Below, piece by piece: positions 59,024 through 64,000 of a stretch of 64,000 bases of DNA. Position 1 is the first letter of the stretch. The number at the start of each line of letters is the position of its first letter. Below the pieces are notes generated by a model, which was given only the letters and a program-made list of their open reading frames with translations, made no database searches and was not told the origin of the DNA. Where the stretch lies: contig DBEZMF010000011.1 of NCBI GenBank assembly GCA_048250755.1, positions 874 to 64,873 on the forward strand, in the 5' to 3' direction. This stretch comes from Collinsella sp. Lineage in GTDB: Bacteria > Actinomycetota > Coriobacteriia > Coriobacteriales > Coriobacteriaceae. The translations under genes and the position numbers were made by a program.

Positions 59024-60739
59024 CTATTGTGCCGAGCCCGCAACGGGCTCAAAATGCTTGTCCTTCACGGCCGCCGCCAGGCGATCGGCCAAGTTGCGCA
59101 CGCGCGGGTCCAGGCGCGCGGCACCCGGGTTGACGAAGAATCGCGCCGTGCAGTCCATAATGCGACCGGTAATAACCAGGTCGTTATCGCGCAGCGTGGC
59201 GCCCGTGGCGGTGATGTCCACGATACGGTCGGTCATACCGACAATGGGGCCCAACTCGATGTTACCGTGCAGCGAAACGATGTCGGCGTTCACGCCTCGC
59301 TCGGCATACCAGGCACTCGCGATGCGCGGATACTTGGTGGCCACGCGAAGCGACCCGCGGCGAGCATAGTTGCGCTCGGCCTGACCGGCGCGCCATGCGG
59401 GCTCCGCCTCGATAAACGTGCACAGGCCGTAGCCCAAATCGACCAGCTGCAGCAAGTTGAGGTCGGCCTCGATAAGCGAGTCCCAGCCGCAGATGCCGCA
59501 GTCGGCGCCGCCGCAGCCCACAAAGGCGGGCGCGTCGCTGGGGCGCACGATGACAAACTCGATATCGCCGACCGAACCCTCGCCGGCACGCGTGTCGCGG
59601 CCGCGCACGATGAGGTGACGACCAGGATCGCGCAGCTCCGAGACATCCAAGCCCGCTGCCTCGAGCACGTCAAGCGTGTCGGCCTTAAGCGAGCCCTTGG
59701 GCACGGCAATGCGCAGCGGACCTTCGGCGCCACGGCCCACGGCGTGATCGCCGTCGGAAGCGGCGTCCTCGGCCGAGGTGCGCGCGGCCTCCAGACGCTC
59801 GAGCGAAAAAGCGAAGCCCGCCGCCGGCACCTCGACGCCGTCGCCGAACGCGCCGGTAAAGATGGAGTCGTAGCGACCGCCCGAGCCCACCGGATCGGGC
59901 AGGCCGCCGGCATAGGCCTTAAAGACCAGGCCCGTGTAGTAATCAAACGAGTTCATGATGGAGAAGTCGAAGGACAGCACCTGAGCGTCCTCGGGAGCCA
60001 GGCCCTCGACCAGGGCACGCAGCTCGCGCGTGAGCGGCGCAACAATGCCCGCCGCCGCCAGCAGCGCGTCGACGCGGTCGAGCACCTCGGCACCACCGTG
60101 CAGGCGCGGCAGCTCGCTAATGGCGGCCTTGACGGCCTCGGGCTCGGCACTTGCCGCCACGCGGGCATCGAGGCCCACAAAGTCGTTGGCGTGCACGCAG
60201 CGCAGCGCCTCGGCAGCCAGCTCGCGATCTTCGCACGCCGCAAGCAGTTCCTTAAACGGACGCACACTGCCCGCGATAATGCGCGCACCGGGAAGTGCCA
60301 GCTTGCGCACGGCCTCGGCGACCAGTGAGACAATCTCGACATCGCCCGCGGTGTCGCCCGCGCCGATGAGCTCAAAACCCAGTTGCGTAAACTGACGCGA
60401 GCCACCGGCATTGCGCTGACACTCGCGGACCACCGGCGCCTCATAGCGCAAGCGCAGCGGCAGATCGGCCGCACGCATGCGAGTCGAAACCAGGCGAACG
60501 ATCGGCAGCGTGTTGTCGGGACGGACCACCAGCAGGCGACCGTCGTCATCAAAGAGCTTAAACGGCGTGTCCGCAATGCGGCCGCCCTCCTCGAGCGAGC
60601 CCTTGTCCTCGAGCAGCGGCGTCTCGACCGGAAGGTAATGATGCTCCCTGAAGCAGCCCTTCACCGTACATGCGATCTCCTCGCGCGCCTGAGCCTCCTC
60701 GGGCAATATGTCCCGGAATCCCCACGGTGTGGCCGTCAT
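59024..60739 (-). CDS. hisG: Fused HisZ (regulatory) and short-form HisG ATP phosphoribosyltransferase
   Basis: N-half HisZ motifs (PWGFRDILP, VRPDNT, FTQLGFE, YYTGLVF, GGRYD); C-half HisG motifs (IAVPKG, VATKYP, GNIELGP, IVDITATGATL); one continuous ORF. Confidence 0.9.
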   Translation of the reverse strand: MTATPWGFRDILPEEAQAREEIACTVKGCFREHHYLPVETPLLEDKGSLEEGGRIADTPFKLFDDDGRLLVVRPDNTLPIVRLVSTRMRAADLPLRLRYEAPVVRECQRNAGGSRQFTQLGFELIGAGDTAGDVEIVSLVAEAVRKLALPGARIIAGSVRPFKELLAACEDRELAAEALRCVHANDFVGLDARVAASAEPEAVKAAISELPRLHGGAEVLDRVDALLAAAGIVAPLTRELRALVEGLAPEDAQVLSFDFSIMNSFDYYTGLVFKAYAGGLPDPVGSGGRYDSIFTGAFGDGVEVPAAGFAFSLERLEAARTSAEDAASDGDHAVGRGAEGPLRIAVPKGSLKADTLDVLEAAGLDVSELRDPGRHLIVRGRDTRAGEGSVGDIEFVIVRPSDAPAFVGCGGADCGICGWDSLIEADLNLLQLVDLGYGLCTFIEAEPAWRAGQAERNYARRGSLRVATKYPRIASAWYAERGVNADIVSLHGNIELGPIVGMTDRIVDITATGATLRDNDLVITGRIMDCTARFFVNPGAARLDPRVRNLADRLAAAVKDKHFEPVAGSAQ

Positions 60740-60774
60740 CTGGTGAGCCTCCTCATGCTGCGTTTCATATAGAA

Positions 60775-60806
60775 CAGAAGACCGGCATAGCTCCGCCGGT
60801 CTTCTG
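60775..60806 (-). promoter_or_regulatory. Strong hairpin in the his leader
   Basis: CAGAAGACCGGC/GCCGGTCTTCTG 12-bp stem, weak T-tract. Confidence 0.5.
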
Positions 60807-60808
60807 GG

Positions 60809-60828
60809 TACTTTAGCATACTAGAGTG
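60809..60828. promoter_or_regulatory. HisR (YerC/TrpR-like)-type operator upstream of the his operon
   Basis: TACTTTAGCATACTAGAGTG palindrome overlapping a minus-strand TATGCT -10-like hexamer. Confidence 0.65.
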
Positions 60829-60908
60829 CTTGCGGGGAAAATCCATCGCAGCCGCTCACACCGTATTCATTTGGAAACATAGGGCAGATTGCCGCAACCC
60901 AACCCCAC

Positions 60909-61754
60909 CTAGGCGCCAATCGCGCGTCGGTACTCCGCCATAACCTGAGCGTCGGCCGCCGCAGGATTGGCGAAATAGCGCCAGTCATAGGTCTCGGCCG
61001 AAACAACTCCGCGATAGCCGCGCGCCACCAGCCTATCCAGGTCGGCGCGCATATCGCGGTCGCCGTCACCCCAGGCAAGATGCGTCGTGCCGTCTGCCGC
61101 AACATCGACAAAATGCACGTGGGCGACATCATCGCCAAGCAGATCGAAATAATCGTCGATGGTATCCCCCGCCACCGCCATAGCGCCCAAATCCAGACAC
61201 GCCTTAAGTGCCGGATGATCAACTGCCTCGATCATGCGCTTCGTGTCGGCCGCCGAGTTCACGATCATCGACTCAACCGGCTGTAGGGCCTCGAGCACCA
61301 GCCGCACGCCGCGCTCTCCCGCATGCTCGGCAATCGCACGCAGCATCGAGGCACTTCGACCCCACGCGTCCTCAATCGGCTCGTTCAAAAATGCCCAGCC
61401 GCTCGAAACCATGACCTGCTCGGCTCCAAGTTCCTCCGCAATGTCTACAACGTTCTTAAAGTACGCGAGTGTGCGGGCACGCGCCTCATTCCCGCGCGCC
61501 GCGATATTCCACGGCTTGGGGTTGTTCTGTTCGGGACAAAGCCCCACAATCCGAACCCCATACCGCTGTGACAGCTCCCGCACCTGCTCGAGCGAATCGT
61601 ATCCATGGCAATCGACATACAGATGCATCGCCCCGGTCCAAAGCTCGCAACACGTATAGCCCGAGGCCGCTGCCGAAGAAAAGAATTCCTCAAGGTCAAA
61701 ATAACGATGGCTGATATTCATGACGGCAAGCTGCGGATACTCCATCTTGTCCAC
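60909..61754 (-). CDS. Sugar phosphate isomerase/epimerase (FrlC-like TIM barrel)
   Basis: LVLEAL..ES..VN, LD.GAM, DYFDLLGD.VAHVHFVD, HLAWGDG, GYRG..SAE. Confidence 0.82.
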   Translation of the reverse strand: MDKMEYPQLAVMNISHRYFDLEEFFSSAAASGYTCCELWTGAMHLYVDCHGYDSLEQVRELSQRYGVRIVGLCPEQNNPKPWNIAARGNEARARTLAYFKNVVDIAEELGAEQVMVSSGWAFLNEPIEDAWGRSASMLRAIAEHAGERGVRLVLEALQPVESMIVNSAADTKRMIEAVDHPALKACLDLGAMAVAGDTIDDYFDLLGDDVAHVHFVDVAADGTTHLAWGDGDRDMRADLDRLVARGYRGVVSAETYDWRYFANPAAADAQVMAEYRRAIGA

Positions 61755-61828
61755 CTTTCGGCAAAAGGGCGCCGCAGCACAGTGTGCGCGACGCCCCCTC
61801 TTACATTGTTCTCATTATGACGGATACT

Positions 61829-62665
61829 CTACTGGACACCAAGCACTCCAAAGAACGCGCCGGCGATACTCACGAGCAGGATTACGAGCATGATGAGCAG
61901 CGGATTCATCTTCTTCTTGAGCATGAGATAGACGATTCCAAACAGCCCCATCGTGACAAAGCCCGGGAAGATTCCGTTGAGCAGCTCGGCGAGCGTCTGG
62001 GCACCATCGCCTGCGCCGACCATGAGCGGAATGTCCACGGTGACCATCTCCATGGTCATAGCACCGATCACCATGGCGCCCATGATGGAGGCCATCTTGA
62101 CGATAGTGTCCATAATGCCCGATTCCTGGACCTTGCTGATCATGTCCGAGCCAAAGCGATATCCCACAAACGTCAGCAGGTAACGGATGATGTAGTGAGG
62201 GACGTTGAACACGAGCAGGAACAAAATCGGGCCAAGAATAGAGCCCTGCAGTGCCAGCGACGTGCCTACACCCGTTGCCAAAATTCGCAGCGTGCCCCAG
62301 TAGAAGGCATCGCCCACGCCGGACAGCGGTCCCATCAAAGCAAGCTTGACATTAGAGATCGCGCTCGTGTCAAAGCTATCGTCAGTAGCGTTGACCTCCT
62401 CCATTGCAGCGGCGATGGACATGGGAAGCGTCGAGATGTACGGCGTGACGTTATAGAGCTCCATATGGCGCTTAAGGGCGGCCTTAAAGTCCGCATCCTG
62501 CGGATACAGCTTGCGTAGGATCGGCATAAGGGCCCACATAAAGCCGATATGGCCCATACGCTCGTAGTTCCAGGAATGCTCATAGGGAATCGAGCGCCAG
62601 AACAGCTTCTTAAGGTCTGCGCGGGAAATCAGCCCGTCGTAAGAAGACTCAAACTTAAAACTCAT
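61829..62665 (-). CDS. PTS mannose/fructose/sorbose family IID
   Basis: SWNYERM, ALMGPLSGVGDAFYWGT. Confidence 0.94.
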   Translation of the reverse strand: MSFKFESSYDGLISRADLKKLFWRSIPYEHSWNYERMGHIGFMWALMPILRKLYPQDADFKAALKRHMELYNVTPYISTLPMSIAAAMEEVNATDDSFDTSAISNVKLALMGPLSGVGDAFYWGTLRILATGVGTSLALQGSILGPILFLLVFNVPHYIIRYLLTFVGYRFGSDMISKVQESGIMDTIVKMASIMGAMVIGAMTMEMVTVDIPLMVGAGDGAQTLAELLNGIFPGFVTMGLFGIVYLMLKKKMNPLLIMLVILLVSIAGAFFGVLGVQ

Positions 62666-63446
62666 CGAACCCACTCCCAATCGCAGGATCCTCGGTTGCC
62701 GCTGCGGGCTGCTCCGCTTTTTTCTTATCACCCAAAACCGTCATCGCGACGACGATGATCGCGGCAAAGATCGCCACGCCCGTCGTGCTAATGCCAAAGT
62801 AGGCGACGAGGAAGAAGCCAGCGAAGAAGAACGGAGCCACTGTTTTGTTCATAATCATCTGCGCCAGCATCGCAAAGCCGAGTGCGGGCAAGAAGGCGGC
62901 GGCGACATCCATGCCGGTCTGAACGAAATCGGGGATGATGTTGAGCAGGCTGGCAACAGCATCGGCACCAAAGAAGAATGCCAGGGGAATAATCAGCAGG
63001 CCGCACCAGCTCTGTGCGTAACCGGCGATGAGCATGTTGCGCGTGATGGCCTTGGTGTCTCCGTCCTCGACGTTTTTGTCGATACGGTGCACCAGCAGCA
63101 GCATGACCGGTTGGCCCAGGGCCGTGTCGAGCGCCAGGACGATCGTGGCGATAGGAATACCCAGGGTCAGGGCCGCCGAAGCGTCCGCGCCGGCCTGCAT
63201 GGCAAGAGATACGCCCAGGATAGTGCCGGAAATCGTATCGGGCGGGTTATAGGCGCCGACCGAGATGGCGCCGACCATGGCAAGCTCCATCGTGGCGCCC
63301 ATAATCGTGCCGGTCACCATGTCGCCCATGACAAGGCCAACCAGAGGTCCGAGCACGATCGGGCGCTGGAGGTAGCTCGTGCCCGTCAGCCACTCGGAAT
63401 AACCCAAAAGGGCAATCAGGAAAATCAGGATTGTCTTGATAACCAT
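62655..63446 (-). CDS. PTS mannose/fructose/sorbose family IIC
   Basis: QRPIVLGPLVGLVMGD, GA..PPD, LPALGFAML. Confidence 0.94.
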   Translation of the reverse strand: MVIKTILIFLIALLGYSEWLTGTSYLQRPIVLGPLVGLVMGDMVTGTIMGATMELAMVGAISVGAYNPPDTISGTILGVSLAMQAGADASAALTLGIPIATIVLALDTALGQPVMLLLVHRIDKNVEDGDTKAITRNMLIAGYAQSWCGLLIIPLAFFFGADAVASLLNIIPDFVQTGMDVAAAFLPALGFAMLAQMIMNKTVAPFFFAGFFLVAYFGISTTGVAIFAAIIVVAMTVLGDKKKAEQPAAATEDPAIGSGFDEF

Positions 63447-63454
63447 GACGGCCC

Positions 63455-63925
63455 CTAACCGATGACCTTCGCAGCGTCAGTCTTCGCATCTGCCGGAATC
63501 ATCTGAATGAACAGTTCATAGCCCTCGCCGAGCAGTTCCTTCACGTAGGCCTCGTTCTCGGGCGTGAGGAACACGCTCGTCGAGACCTGGCGGGCATTCT
63601 CGCTAAAGGCAACGTTGCCGAGGTTGATCTTCTTGACTCCCATCGCCTTGGCGACGGCACCGGCCTGCTGAATCGTCTCGCAAACCACGAAGAGTTTGTA
63701 CTTATCGGTCACACCGCTCTGGAGCGCCTTGACAGCATCCTCGGTGTTTTTGACGACGACCTTGCATCCTTCGGGCTTTGCAAGGGACAGGGCCTGCAGA
63801 CGAAGCTTGTCATTGAGGACCGTGTCGCTCACTAACAGGATGCAGTCGGCACCCAGAGCCGAGGTCCAGCTAACGGCAACCTGGCCGTGAAGCAGTCGAT
63901 AATCTACGCGAATCATCTGAATCAT
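63455..63925 (-). CDS. PTS mannose/fructose/sorbose family IIB
   Basis: IRVDYRLLHGQVA..W, INLGN. Confidence 0.94.
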   Translation of the reverse strand: MIQMIRVDYRLLHGQVAVSWTSALGADCILLVSDTVLNDKLRLQALSLAKPEGCKVVVKNTEDAVKALQSGVTDKYKLFVVCETIQQAGAVAKAMGVKKINLGNVAFSENARQVSTSVFLTPENEAYVKELLGEGYELFIQMIPADAKTDAAKVIG

Positions 63926-63941
63926 GATGTGCTCCTAACGA

Positions 63942-64000
63942 TTAAAACTCATCGAGTTCGGCCTGCCCCAGCAGGTCGTTGACGTACTTGACCTTAGTGT
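63942..64000 (-). CDS. 3' end of an upstream gene, probably PTS IIA (truncated by window edge)
   Basis: Reads ...TKVKYVNDLLGQAELDEF-stop immediately before IIB. Confidence 0.5.
   Translation of the reverse strand, partial: TKVKYVNDLLGQAELDEF

Noticed and set aside
60740..60908. His leader peptide or T-box attenuator
   Set aside because: No run of His codons in a short ORF and no T-box GGTGGNACC motif

Overview
High-GC, gene-dense chromosomal segment whose gene content and style fit a gut Coriobacteriia genome (Collinsella-like; this is inference). It is mostly housekeeping: comF-ricT-holB-tmk, a type IA topoisomerase, hypBA-tatCB, nhaA, ppaC, pcrA, uppP, purH, gluQ, mazG-eno-ftsB-ppx, and a complete histidine pathway with a HisZ-HisG fusion and a convergent PHP-type histidinol phosphatase. 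Accessory parts are a gmu-like cellobiose-family PTS/GH1/ManA locus, two two-component systems, a mannose-family PTS with an FrlC-like epimerase, and an AAA ATPase-nuclease gene next to tRNA-Leu(TAA). The most unusual signal is non-coding. There are four palindromes of exactly 69 bp with variable central spacers and mirrored arm changes, two of which bracket the ATPase gene. There is also a tRNA 3'-end duplication with an antisense T-arm copy, several REP/REPIN-like and MITE-like families, a candidate sRNA, a terminator-like nhaA leader and a Firmicute-type HisR-like operator. No transposase, integrase, CRISPR array or rRNA was seen. Several start codons were moved from the ORF track to RBS-supported positions.
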